12,964 bases of DNA from an uncultured bacterium (GTDB taxonomy: Bacteria > JAJVIF01 > JAPKYR01): positions 1 to 12,964 of the forward strand of contig CBDURU010000099.1 of assembly GCA_965369865.1 (NCBI GenBank). Reading direction: 5' to 3'. The first letter of the stretch is position 1; the number at the start of each line of letters is the position of its first letter. Shown here in pieces: positions 1 to 8,061 of this stretch. A program made the position numbers and the translations under genes. Below the pieces are notes generated by a model, which searched no databases, was not told where the DNA came from, and was given only the letters and a program-made list of their open reading frames with translations.

Positions 1-151
1 ATTATAAAGGCTTGATAGTTTCAGATGTCTCACTCAGTTTGTCAACGGCACCCGGCAGATGTAATTATTTCGTCGACAAACACGTTCGACCCCCGGATTA
101 TAAAGGCTTGATAGTTTCAGATGTCTCACTCAGTTTGTCAACGGCACCCGG
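1..151. repeat. Two identical 55-bp direct repeats (1-55, 97-151), period 96; cut by the window edge
   Basis: ATTATAAAGGCTTGATAGTTTCAGATGTCTCACTCAGTTTGTCAACGGCACCCGG occurs twice exactly, separated by 41 bp. True unit length and copy number cannot be known because the window starts inside it. Confidence 0.9.
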
Positions 152-167
152 GCCGGATGTCGGCAAG

Positions 168-226
168 GAAAAATCAGGGGACACCTTCAACTCGAGGACG
201 AGTGGAAAGGCGTCCCCGGATTTTTC
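168..226. repeat. Hairpin (REP/MITE-like) element, GGGGACACC family, copy 1
   Basis: Inverted arms GAAAAATCAGGGGACACCTT / AAGGCGTCCCCGGATTTTTC. The 57-bp core (169-225) matches 1130-1186 at 55/57. Confidence 0.85.
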
Positions 227-243
227 GAATACACCGATAGTTT

Positions 244-254
244 TGTGGTAAAAT
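244..254 (+). promoter_or_regulatory. Putative extended -10 promoter for the TPR gene
   Basis: TGTG-G-TAAAAT (TGn + -10 at 249-254), about 150 nt upstream of ATG 407. No convincing -35. Confidence 0.35.
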
Positions 255-406
255 ACCGACGTGATGAGTCAGGTAGCGGGTAGCCCGGGATTTCCTTTGG
301 CGGGATGATACCAGGGTCATGGATACAGGGATATGGATCGAAGATTGATTAGTTTATTGATGGAACCCGGCAAGGGAAATGCCGGACTACGAGACTGGAG
401 GGAATC

Positions 407-1096
407 ATGTTAAGAAATTATGTGAATGTTCTTTTATTAACTCTCTTGTTCCTAATTTATGGTTTTAATTTAATTTCCTGCTCAGGTAATGGATCAAATA
501 GCAAAAGTGATTCAACAGTATCAACCGCAAATATTGAAACAATGTTGGCTAATGCTAAAACATTAACCAGTGAAGATAATTTTGGGGAAGCAATACAACT
601 CTGTACAGATATTATTGAAATTGATCCTGATTTTGGGCCAGCCTATAATACTAGAGGTACCGCAAAATTTGAAATTGGATCAATCGAGGAAGCCATTATC
701 GATTTTAATATTGCGATTAATTTAGCTCCCGACCTATATAAGCCTTGGTATAATTTAGGGTTTATATTTGTTGATCAAGGAGATTTTAATAAATCAATAG
801 AATACTTTACGGAAGCTATAGCCAGGGCCCCAAATATTTACGATTCCTATATTAATCGTGGAATGTCATATTTTGAGTTAAACCTATTTGATGATGCAAT
901 CTTGGATTATGAAACTGCTGTAGCATTGGATCCTGACTTACCAAAAGCTTACTATGAGATCGGGCTTACATATTTAGAAATGGAGAATTACTTAGAGGCA
1001 ATTGATAACTTTAATAAAGTTATCGAACTGGCTCCTGAATTTCCAGAACCATATATTTATTTAGCAGAGATTCATGACCTGGAACTGGACCTGTAA
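407..1096 (+). CDS. Tetratricopeptide-repeat (TPR) lipoprotein, 229 aa
   Basis: GGAGGG RBS. Hydrophobic signal with lipobox-like LISC (Cys25) and Ser-rich linker. About 5 TPR units with 34-aa periodicity (AYNTRG..A..DF..AI.L.P, PWYNLG, SYINRG, AYYEIG). Much more AT-rich than the operon (sampled lines 25-37% GC). Confidence 0.9.
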   Translation: MLRNYVNVLLLTLLFLIYGFNLISCSGNGSNSKSDSTVSTANIETMLANAKTLTSEDNFGEAIQLCTDIIEIDPDFGPAYNTRGTAKFEIGSIEEAIIDFNIAINLAPDLYKPWYNLGFIFVDQGDFNKSIEYFTEAIARAPNIYDSYINRGMSYFELNLFDDAILDYETAVALDPDLPKAYYEIGLTYLEMENYLEAIDNFNKVIELAPEFPEPYIYLAEIHDLELDL

Positions 1097-1128
1097 TCAG
1101 TCAGTCCCCGACCATGAATGGCAGGAAG

Positions 1129-1187
1129 TAAAAATCCGGGGACACCTTCAACTCGAGGACGAATGGAAAGGCGTCCCCGGATTTTTA
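1129..1187. repeat. Hairpin (REP/MITE-like) element, GGGGACACC family, copy 2
   Basis: TAAAAATCCGGGGACACCTT...AAGGCGTCCCCGGATTTTTA, one A/C mismatch in the stem, same orientation as copy 1. The A- and T-runs at the base could let it act as a bidirectional terminator between the convergent TPR gene and nrnA. Confidence 0.85.
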
Positions 1188-1253
1188 GCAGCCTTACACC
1201 CACAAGCTTTTCGTGTTTGGAGAGTTTTGTAATATGGGAAGCGATGTGTGGGA

Positions 1254-1356
1254 TAAATATCATGAAGGATGTCGGAAGAACGCGTGTGGGCGGCACCCGG
1301 TGTGCAGTTTAAATATCACGAGGGGGGTCGGAAGACCGTTTGTGGGCTGCATTCGG
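1254..1356. repeat. Degenerate tandem pair of 47-bp repeats (1254-1300, 1310-1356)
   Basis: TAAATATCATGAAGGATGTCGGAAGAACGCGTGTGGGCGGCACCCGG vs TAAATATCACGAGGGGGGTCGGAAGACCGTTTGTGGGCTGCATTCGG; 37/47 identical without gaps by manual alignment. Confidence 0.75.
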
Positions 1357-1377
1357 GAAGTTTCGTCGGTCATATTG

Positions 1378-2439
1378 TCAATGGTTATGATCGGGTTTGA
1401 CGCCGGCTTTCTCTTCACGCTTATCGAGTACTTCCCCCGACCCGATCGCCTCTTCCGAACGATTTACAAAATGCTCGATGGCTTCCTTCAACGGTAAATT
1501 AATACGGCACCCGGCGGCCCTTGGATGTCCACCCCCACCGAAAAGCGCCATCAGCCTGCTCGCGTTGATGGGCGGATGCGCGCGCGCGCTGACACGGACG
1601 TCGTTCTCATCGACTTCCTTAAAGAAAACAACGATACTGAAACCTTCGAGGGTCCGGACCATGTCGATAAGGCCTTCGGTGTCCTGGAGTACCGTGCCGG
1701 TTTCGTCGAGCATTTTCCTGTCGACATAAAAGTAATTACCTTCACCATCAAGCCACCTGGTAAGGGTGTTAAAACTTTCCTGCTGCAGTTGGAAGCTTTC
1801 GAGCGACCGGCTGGCATAGAGATTCCTGAACGCGACACCCGGTTTCGCACCGGCCTTTACACATTCGCTTGCATATTTAAGCGATCTCGCCGACGTGTTC
1901 GAGAACGAGAAGCGCCCGGTGTCGGTATAGATCGCGGTGAAAATGTTGGTCGCAATCGATTGGGTAAGCTCGAAACCAAGTTCTGCGAGGATTTCGAACA
2001 GGATTTCCCCGGTGGACGAGTAATTCGGATCGACGAGGTTCACTGTCCCGAAATACGCATTGGAAACATGGTGGTCGATATTTCCGATTTTCAAGTTCTC
2101 CTGGCTTTCGAACCATTCGACAAATGCGGTCCCCATACGATTTGGGTCGGCGGAGTCGACAATCAGCAGAGTTGGATTGCTGTCAGGGTTTTGCACTCTC
2201 GAAAGCGCATCGGGAAGACTGGTGAAAATCCTGTCGATCCCCGGCATCCATTTATGAATTTTGGGGATCGGGCCCTCCATGTAGCAGGCGTAATTCTTAC
2301 CGAGCCGATCCATAATTTCGGATAACACCAGTGCGCTGCCCATGTTGTCGCCATCGGGGAAAACATGTCCTGAAATAAGGAAATTGTCATTGCCCTTTAT
2401 AAAATCCGCTATATCTTTTACTGAAGACATTATTTTCAA
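1378..2439 (-). CDS. nrnA: DHH/DHHA1 bifunctional oligoribonuclease / PAP phosphatase
   Basis: Motifs GHxxPDGD, LIVDS, NIDHH, YTDTGRF, GGGGHPRAAG; usual position after rbfA. TTG start overlaps the rbfA stop; ATG at 2430 is an alternative start. Confidence 0.93.
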   Translation of the reverse strand: MKIMSSVKDIADFIKGNDNFLISGHVFPDGDNMGSALVLSEIMDRLGKNYACYMEGPIPKIHKWMPGIDRIFTSLPDALSRVQNPDSNPTLLIVDSADPNRMGTAFVEWFESQENLKIGNIDHHVSNAYFGTVNLVDPNYSSTGEILFEILAELGFELTQSIATNIFTAIYTDTGRFSFSNTSARSLKYASECVKAGAKPGVAFRNLYASRSLESFQLQQESFNTLTRWLDGEGNYFYVDRKMLDETGTVLQDTEGLIDMVRTLEGFSIVVFFKEVDENDVRVSARAHPPINASRLMALFGGGGHPRAAGCRINLPLKEAIEHFVNRSEEAIGSGEVLDKREEKAGVKPDHNH

Positions 2440-2822
2440 TCAGATCCTTTTTGCCCGTCGTCCTCCCCTGGTGGGATATCGAGCATGTCCAGAATGCTTT
2501 CGATCTTCGATGCTGATTCAATCGTGCGGTCCTCATGGAACTTGAATCTCGGGACTCTCCTGAATTCGGAAACCCGCATGATTTCGGACCGAATAAACGT
2601 GGTCGCCGCGTTAAGGGCTTTAACAATTTCGGTTAACCTGGACCCATCGCCCAGAACAGTCACCCTGACATTCGCGTTCGACAGGTCGCGGCTGACGTTA
2701 ATTTCAGAAAAGGAGATTATCTTACTCTCGAAAATCGGGTCGCGAAGTTCCCTTGATACAAGCCGTGCGAGTTCTTCCCTGAAGAACGCTTCGATCCGTT
2801 TCATTCTGATATCGTCGGGCAT
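2436..2822 (-). CDS. rbfA: 30S ribosome-binding factor A
   Basis: RMKRI...ELRDP...VSRDLSNANV...RRVPRFKFHEDRTIE..KIESIL pattern; downstream of infB. Confidence 0.95.
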   Translation of the reverse strand: MPDDIRMKRIEAFFREELARLVSRELRDPIFESKIISFSEINVSRDLSNANVRVTVLGDGSRLTEIVKALNAATTFIRSEIMRVSEFRRVPRFKFHEDRTIESASKIESILDMLDIPPGEDDGQKGSD

Positions 2823-2869
2823 TGAATTTCTTTTAGTCCTGTCACCGGATCGGAAATATCACCGATGAG

Positions 2870-2900
2870 AAAATAAAATGCTGCCGGCATATATGCCAGC
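2870..2900 (-). terminator. Possible weak intrinsic terminator / processing hairpin between ylxP and rbfA
   Basis: Minus strand GCTGGCA-TATA-TGCCGGC stem, followed 3 nt later by ATTTTATTTT. Confidence 0.3.
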
Positions 2901-2924
2901 GTTAGAAGTAAAGTTGAATGTAAA

Positions 2925-3206
2925 TCAAAACCATTCTATATTGCTCAGGTTAACGAGAAGGCCGTCACCGTTAGCGAAAAATTCCTCGGTCCTCGCGAAC
3001 ACCTGCTCGATAATCAAACGCTCCATGTTGACCATCGAAATGCCGACCAATGCATCCTGGTGAGCATCCTGCAATCCAACTTCACTCACCGACACGTTAA
3101 ATTTCGACCTGGCCCTTTCAATAACCCCTTTCAATCTATGCCTTTTTTCCTTCAGCGTATCGCATCCGGGAAGGTGAATTTCGAGGGTGAGAAGCCCAAC
3201 GAACAT
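2925..3206 (-). CDS. ylxP: DUF503 family protein (YlxP-like)
   Basis: MFVGLLTLEIHLPGCDTLKEKR...KFNVSVSEVGLQD signature, 93 aa, between infB and rbfA; AGGAGG RBS. Confidence 0.92.
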   Translation of the reverse strand: MFVGLLTLEIHLPGCDTLKEKRHRLKGVIERARSKFNVSVSEVGLQDAHQDALVGISMVNMERLIIEQVFARTEEFFANGDGLLVNLSNIEWF

Positions 3207-3228
3207 GGCCTGGCCTCCTGGTAGAAAA

Positions 3229-6051
3229 TTACTTTTCCTTTCGTGTGCTTTCGAGTGTTCTCAAAACCTTGATGGTTTCGTAGAGCACGATCTCGTCACC
3301 CTCTCTGAGGTCGGTGAAGGTATCGAGCATGATACCGCACTCGTAACCGTTCTCGACTTCCTTGACATCATCCTTGAACCGTTTAAGGCTACCGAGTTTC
3401 ATATCCACAACTTGCTCGCCATCGCGCATTATCCGCATATCAAAACCGCGAACAAGTTTCCCTTCGTTTACAAAAAGCCCGGCGACAACGAGCTTACCGG
3501 TGCGTTTGAATATCTGCCGCACCTCGGCTTTCCCGACAATCTCCTCGTGGAATTCAGGCTCGAGAAGCCCTTCAAGTGCGCCATGGATATCCTCGATTAC
3601 CTTGTAAATAATGTTATAGACGCGGATATCGATGCCTTCCATCGCGGCCTGTTTAACAATTTCGGGACTCGCAACAACATTGAATCCGATAATCACCGCT
3701 TTCGCAGCCATCGCCAGCATGACATCGCTGTCGGTAATATTGCCGACCGAAGTATGGATGAATTTTACGCCCACCTCATCGGTTGAGAGATTTTCAAGCT
3801 GTCCGCGAATCGCCTCGATCGAACCCTGAAGGTCGGCCTTAAGAATAATATTGAGTTCCTTGGTTTCACCTTTGGCAAGTTTCTCATAGAAATCTTCGAG
3901 TGAAATGGTATTAACCATCTGCAAACGGCCCTGTCGATGCTCCATCTCGCGTTTCTCGAAAATATCACGAGCGGTTTTCTCGTCCTTAACCTCGTTCAGG
4001 TTGTCACCGGCGGCCGGGACGGTAGATAATCCTGAAAGGAGAACAGGTGTCGATGGTCCGGCATGTTCGATGGGCACACCGTCCTCGTCCGTCATCTGGC
4101 GGATACGTCCCCACGACCGCCCGACAACAACATAATCGCCCACTTCAAGCGTGCCCCTTTTAACAAGAGCAGTGGCAAGAGGCCCACGGCCCTTGTCCAG
4201 CCTGGCCTCGATAATCGCACCTTCCGCCATCCTATCGAAATTTGCTTTCAGGTCAAGAATATCGGCAACGAGAATTAACTGTTCAAGGAGGTCCTCGATT
4301 CCCTGTTTAAATTTGGCACTGACGGGAACCATGATAATCTGGCCGCCCCATTCTTCGGGGACAAGTCCCTGTTCGGATAACTGCTGCTTAACCAATTCGG
4401 GATTCGCACCGGGCAGGTCGATCTTGTTAATCGCGACCATAATTTCAACACCGGCCAACTTCGCGTGGTCGATTGCTTCGAGCGTCTGTGGCATCACTCC
4501 ATCGTTTGCCGCCACGACCAGGATCGCGATATCGGTAACTTCAGCTCCACGGGCGCGCATGGCAGTGAAAGCGGCGTGACCTGGAGTATCGATGAAAGTA
4601 ATTGCCCTCGTACCCCCATCCTTTGTAGGGGCGTCCACCTTGAAGGCGCCGATTTTCTGGGTGATCCCGCCGGCCTCGGTAGAGACAACATCGGTACCGC
4701 GGATTGCGTCCAGTAATTTGGTTTTTCCGTGATCGACATGACCGAGAACCGTAACAACAGGGGGTCTGGGCTTGAGGTCCTCTTCCTTGTCCTCATCATG
4801 TACAAGGACATCTTCAACCTCAGTGACCTTTTGCATCTCGTACTCGAAGTTGAAGTAATCGCAGATAAGAGCACCGATCTCCTGGTCGACGGTCTGGTTG
4901 ATGTTAGCGAATATTTCAAGCTCTTTGAGGAGGAAGCTGATAATTTCGGCTGATTTAAGTCCGGTCTGGGCAGAAAGCCCTTTGATCGAAATGTGCTCGC
5001 CGAGTTTTATGACCTTCGGGGCTGCTTCCACTACGGTTAAACTATCCCTTCTATCACGCTTTCCGCCGCGACCCCTTCTGCGTTTGCGGAAAGTTGTGGA
5101 AGTATCGAGCTGGCTCTGAACCTGCTGTCGTTTTGATCGGCCACGACCACGCTGAGGTATAGGCTTACCCTTCTTGTCATCCTTGATGATTTTCTTCCGG
5201 CGCTTGCCCTTTTTCTCCGGCAGGGGTTTCTTTCCACCCCGGCCTTTGCCCCGGCTGCTGTCAATTTTTGTCTTAAGCCCGCCGGCAGCCAGTTTTTCCA
5301 TTGATACCGACAGGTCTTTTTCCTTCGGTTTCAGGTAGTCGGCCGGTTTCGGAATTCTCGGGACCTGGGGTTTCGGTGGGCGTTTCCTGTCGGGTTTGGT
5401 TCCTGCTTTTCCAACAGGCGCATACCTGCCTTCGGACTTGCCTGTTTTTCTTTCAGCAAAATCAGATCCTGTTCTATCGCGTCGTCTCCTGTCCTTACGA
5501 GTGCTTACACCCCTTGCATCCCCTCTTCCAGGTCTGGCTTTGGTTGCCGTGGGACCGGTTCCGGTATGTGCCGTTTGCTTCCTGGCAGCGGCCTCGGATG
5601 CAGCCTTGGCTTCAGCCTTTCTATCCAGGTCTTCGACAGCTTTCTTTATGTCCGGTACCGATGGAAGTTTGTGATGTTTATCAGGAGCTACCCTGACACC
5701 CGATGTTGAGTCACCATCCTGGGTGTCGCGTCGCACTACGCGCTTGATCACCTTGCGTGTAACCACACGACGCCCGGTATCGGTTTGCTGCATTATGGGA
5801 CGCGGCCGTACCGATGGACTCTTGGTCGAGGTAGATGAGATATCTCGCACCCGGAAATCCCGTTTCCCGGTCAATGTGCTGGATCCACGCACGGTCTTTT
5901 TTGATTTCAGCGCGGATTTCACCTTAGTGGCGTCAGTGTCGGAAATGGTTGACATATGGCTTTTAACCTCGACACCGAGGGCCTTAAGGACATCAAGCAC
6001 TTTGCCTGATGGGACTTCGAGCTCTGTGGCCAGTTCGTGAACTCGGACCAT
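3229..6051 (-). CDS. infB: Translation initiation factor IF-2, 940 aa
   Basis: N-terminal VRVHELA IF2-N domain and long K/R-rich linker. G-domain RPPVVTVLGHVDHGKT, DTPGH, NKID; C-terminal SLKRFKDDVKEV..GYECG. Confidence 0.99.
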   Translation of the reverse strand: MVRVHELATELEVPSGKVLDVLKALGVEVKSHMSTISDTDATKVKSALKSKKTVRGSSTLTGKRDFRVRDISSTSTKSPSVRPRPIMQQTDTGRRVVTRKVIKRVVRRDTQDGDSTSGVRVAPDKHHKLPSVPDIKKAVEDLDRKAEAKAASEAAARKQTAHTGTGPTATKARPGRGDARGVSTRKDRRRRDRTGSDFAERKTGKSEGRYAPVGKAGTKPDRKRPPKPQVPRIPKPADYLKPKEKDLSVSMEKLAAGGLKTKIDSSRGKGRGGKKPLPEKKGKRRKKIIKDDKKGKPIPQRGRGRSKRQQVQSQLDTSTTFRKRRRGRGGKRDRRDSLTVVEAAPKVIKLGEHISIKGLSAQTGLKSAEIISFLLKELEIFANINQTVDQEIGALICDYFNFEYEMQKVTEVEDVLVHDEDKEEDLKPRPPVVTVLGHVDHGKTKLLDAIRGTDVVSTEAGGITQKIGAFKVDAPTKDGGTRAITFIDTPGHAAFTAMRARGAEVTDIAILVVAANDGVMPQTLEAIDHAKLAGVEIMVAINKIDLPGANPELVKQQLSEQGLVPEEWGGQIIMVPVSAKFKQGIEDLLEQLILVADILDLKANFDRMAEGAIIEARLDKGRGPLATALVKRGTLEVGDYVVVGRSWGRIRQMTDEDGVPIEHAGPSTPVLLSGLSTVPAAGDNLNEVKDEKTARDIFEKREMEHRQGRLQMVNTISLEDFYEKLAKGETKELNIILKADLQGSIEAIRGQLENLSTDEVGVKFIHTSVGNITDSDVMLAMAAKAVIIGFNVVASPEIVKQAAMEGIDIRVYNIIYKVIEDIHGALEGLLEPEFHEEIVGKAEVRQIFKRTGKLVVAGLFVNEGKLVRGFDMRIMRDGEQVVDMKLGSLKRFKDDVKEVENGYECGIMLDTFTDLREGDEIVLYETIKVLRTLESTRKEK

Positions 6052-6102
6052 ACTATTAACTGAACCTCCAGCTCCGTCCCGGATGGAGAATATTGCATCT
6101 CG

Positions 6103-6438
6103 TTACGTCATCTGTACACGCTCCGTTTGGGACAGGTAGCTTTTTATATTATCCCGAATAAAGTCCGGGATTGTTTGCTTCATCAACTTTTCTGGAGCCT
6201 TGCGTCGCATGAGCGTCATAAAGCACTCCAAATTCGGACAGAAATACAAACTCCGCCCTTCAAATTTCAGCTCCGGGTCGAATGCAACTTCACCAGTCCC
6301 CCCTGGAAGCCGCACGACCCGGATTAATTCCGACTTCCCGGTTTTCTTACCGCATCCGGCACACCTTCGTACCGGTTCGTTCAATATTTTAATCCCCTTT
6401 TTTTTTAACGAATCAATTTCTTCGCCCGGCAGCCTCAC
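6103..6438 (-). CDS. ylxR: YlxR/DUF448 family RNA-binding protein (RNase P modulator RnpM-like)
   Basis: PVRRCAGC...ELIRVVR...GRSLYFCPNLEC. GTG start overlaps the nusA stop (GTGA); conserved position between nusA and infB. Confidence 0.9.
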   Translation of the reverse strand: MRLPGEEIDSLKKKGIKILNEPVRRCAGCGKKTGKSELIRVVRLPGGTGEVAFDPELKFEGRSLYFCPNLECFMTLMRRKAPEKLMKQTIPDFIRDNIKSYLSQTERVQMT

Positions 6439-7757
6439 GATTTGGCTTCCACCTGGCTCTCCTCGAATTTCTCGTAAGTCAGCCCGTGCTTGTTCAGGTA
6501 TTTCTCAAGATCGGTAAGTGAAGATTCGCCGAAGCCTTTTACTTCGAGCAAGTCATCTCGTTGACGCTCCATGAGATCACCCAGCACTTTGTATCCCGCT
6601 TCAACAAGGCCTTCGATCGCGGGTTTCCTTAACGGGAGATCGGAGATCGGATTGTTCATAAGCTCCTGAATGAATGATTTCCGCTCGACTTCGCGGACTT
6701 TCATTTCCTCGTCAAGTTTCTCCTGCTCGTTCTTGATATCGATCGCCCAGCCGGTCAACTTGGCGGCGAGACGGACGTTCTGGCCCTTGGTGCCGATCGC
6801 AAGCGATGCCTGGTCGTCCGGTACGATAACCTCGGCCTTCTCCTCATCATCGAAAATCTCAACCGAGTAGACTTTGGCGGGGGCGAGGGCATTGGCGATA
6901 AAGTCGAACGGGTCATCGGTCCAGTGAATAATGTCGATATTCTCACCCTTCAATTCATTGACAACCGCCTGTACGCGGCTTCCCTTCGATCCAACACATG
7001 CGCCGACAGGATCGACATCGGTAGAGTTCGAATAGACGGCCATTTTTGTGCGGAAACCCGGTTCCCTCGCGATTCGTACGACCTCGACCGTGCCCTCGAG
7101 AATCTCGGGCACTTCAAGTTCGAACAGGCGCCGGACGAAATCAGGATGGGCGCGAGACAATATAATTTTCGGACCCTTAGGGGTCTGTTTAACTTCGAGA
7201 ATGATAGCCTTTATTGTAGTCCGCGGCACATACCGGTCGCCTTCGACCTGCTCGCCAGGCGGGATAATCCCTTCGGCCCTTTCAAGTTCGATATAAACAT
7301 GGCCCTTTTCGCGACGCCGGACTTTGCCGGTAAGAAGTTCACCCTCACGTCCGAGGAATTCCTGGTAGACAATGTCGCGTTCAGCTTCCTTGATACGCTG
7401 CATGACAACCTGCTTGGCAGCCTGGGCGGCGATACGCCCGAAGACGAGGTTGAGTTTGGGCTCTTCGGTCTCAACGAAATCATCGTAATCGGATTCGGGT
7501 TCGATCATCCGGGCTTCATCAAGGCTGATCTCAGTTTCAGGATCGTCCATTTCCTTGACGACACGCCTGAGCAGATGAACATCCATCTTGGTGCCCTTGT
7601 CCTGTTTTACAATAATACGCGGCTGGATCTCCTTGCCGTGCTCCTTGCGGTAAGCGGAGGTCAAAGCCGCTTCAAGGGCGTCAATGACGATATCCTCAGG
7701 TACCCCCCTTTCTTTCATAATCAGCTCAATTGCATATTCGAGCTCAGTAAAATGCAC
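6435..7757 (-). CDS. nusA: Transcription termination/antitermination factor NusA with C-terminal HhH/alpha-CTD-like domain, 440 aa
   Basis: [68 protein letters not shown] start with GAGGTGA RBS. Confidence 0.99.
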   Translation of the reverse strand: MHFTELEYAIELIMKERGVPEDIVIDALEAALTSAYRKEHGKEIQPRIIVKQDKGTKMDVHLLRRVVKEMDDPETEISLDEARMIEPESDYDDFVETEEPKLNLVFGRIAAQAAKQVVMQRIKEAERDIVYQEFLGREGELLTGKVRRREKGHVYIELERAEGIIPPGEQVEGDRYVPRTTIKAIILEVKQTPKGPKIILSRAHPDFVRRLFELEVPEILEGTVEVVRIAREPGFRTKMAVYSNSTDVDPVGACVGSKGSRVQAVVNELKGENIDIIHWTDDPFDFIANALAPAKVYSVEIFDDEEKAEVIVPDDQASLAIGTKGQNVRLAAKLTGWAIDIKNEQEKLDEEMKVREVERKSFIQELMNNPISDLPLRKPAIEGLVEAGYKVLGDLMERQRDDLLEVKGFGESSLTDLEKYLNKHGLTYEKFEESQVEAKS

Positions 7758-7824
7758 AACTAATCACCTCATCACGCGATCCACGCGCAACACGACCGCC
7801 ACCTTTCAGGAGACGAACCGTAGC

Positions 7825-7854
7825 ATTATAGCAGAAAAAAATAATCAATGTCGT
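7825..7854 (-). promoter_or_regulatory. Putative internal extended -10 promoter for nusA-infB
   Basis: Minus strand TG-C-TATAAT (perfect -10 at 7830-7825) about 70 nt upstream of the nusA start; weak -35 (ACGACA, 18-nt spacer). Confidence 0.6.
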
Positions 7855-7890
7855 TTAACTCCAAAATATTCAGAATCAGCTTCCGGAACT

Positions 7891-8061
7891 TATTTTTTAT
7901 TCAATTTCAAAGCACTCCCTTACGGTCGTGGCTCTGACGTATATTTTTTAATCAATTTCAAAGCACTCCCTTACGGTCGTGGCTCTGACATATATATTTT
8001 TTACTTAATTGCAAAGCACTCCCTTACGGTCGTGGCTCTGACATATATATTTTTTACTTAA
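7891..8061. repeat. Three identical 31-bp REP-like hairpin units separated by related AT-rich linkers
   Basis: CAAAGCACTCCCTTACGGTCGTGGCTCTGAC at 7908-7938, 7959-7989, 8012-8042. Linkers are 20 and 22 bp and resemble both flanks. Minus strand folds imperfectly around a GTAA loop. Confidence 0.92.

Noticed and set aside
12..251. 79-aa ORF with a duplicated peptide
   Set aside because: It simply translates the DNA repeats and hairpin. ORF 1118-1312 reads through the second hairpin the same way.
255..400. Riboswitch or ncRNA in the TPR gene leader (hairpin CCGGCA/TGCCGG at 367-385)
   Set aside because: Only one 6-bp stem and no aptamer consensus I recognise; a cmscan would be needed.
1101..1125. 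TCCCCGACCATGAATGGCAGG resembling an IS200/IS605-type end hairpin
   Set aside because: The stem is too short and incomplete, and no tnpA or tnpB remnant is nearby.
168..1187. Classical integron cassette with attC sites
   Set aside because: The hairpins lack RYYYAAC...GTTRRRY ends and no IntI is visible. Kept only as an analogy.
4640..4745. IF-2 variants GKTKLLD and GGITQKIGA
   Set aside because: Core GTPase residues are intact; this looks like ordinary lineage variation.
6057..6070. 14-bp exact match (TAACTGAACCTCCA) with 12856-12869, both at ribosome-binding sites; infB GGAGG is 13 nt from its ATG
   Set aside because: Part of the match is the Shine-Dalgarno itself and one 14-mer match in 13 kb is plausible by chance. 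No in-frame near-cognate start sits at the optimal spacing.
1397..7763. Long plus-strand ORFs (1525-2325, 3187-3786, 6924-7763 and others)
   Set aside because: Antisense shadows of nrnA, infB and nusA with no recognisable motifs. The same applies to 11207-11848 opposite the lipoprotein.
7908..8042. CRISPR array
   Set aside because: Spacers are only 20-22 bp, nearly identical to each other and to the flanks. No cas genes are present and it lies inside a housekeeping operon.
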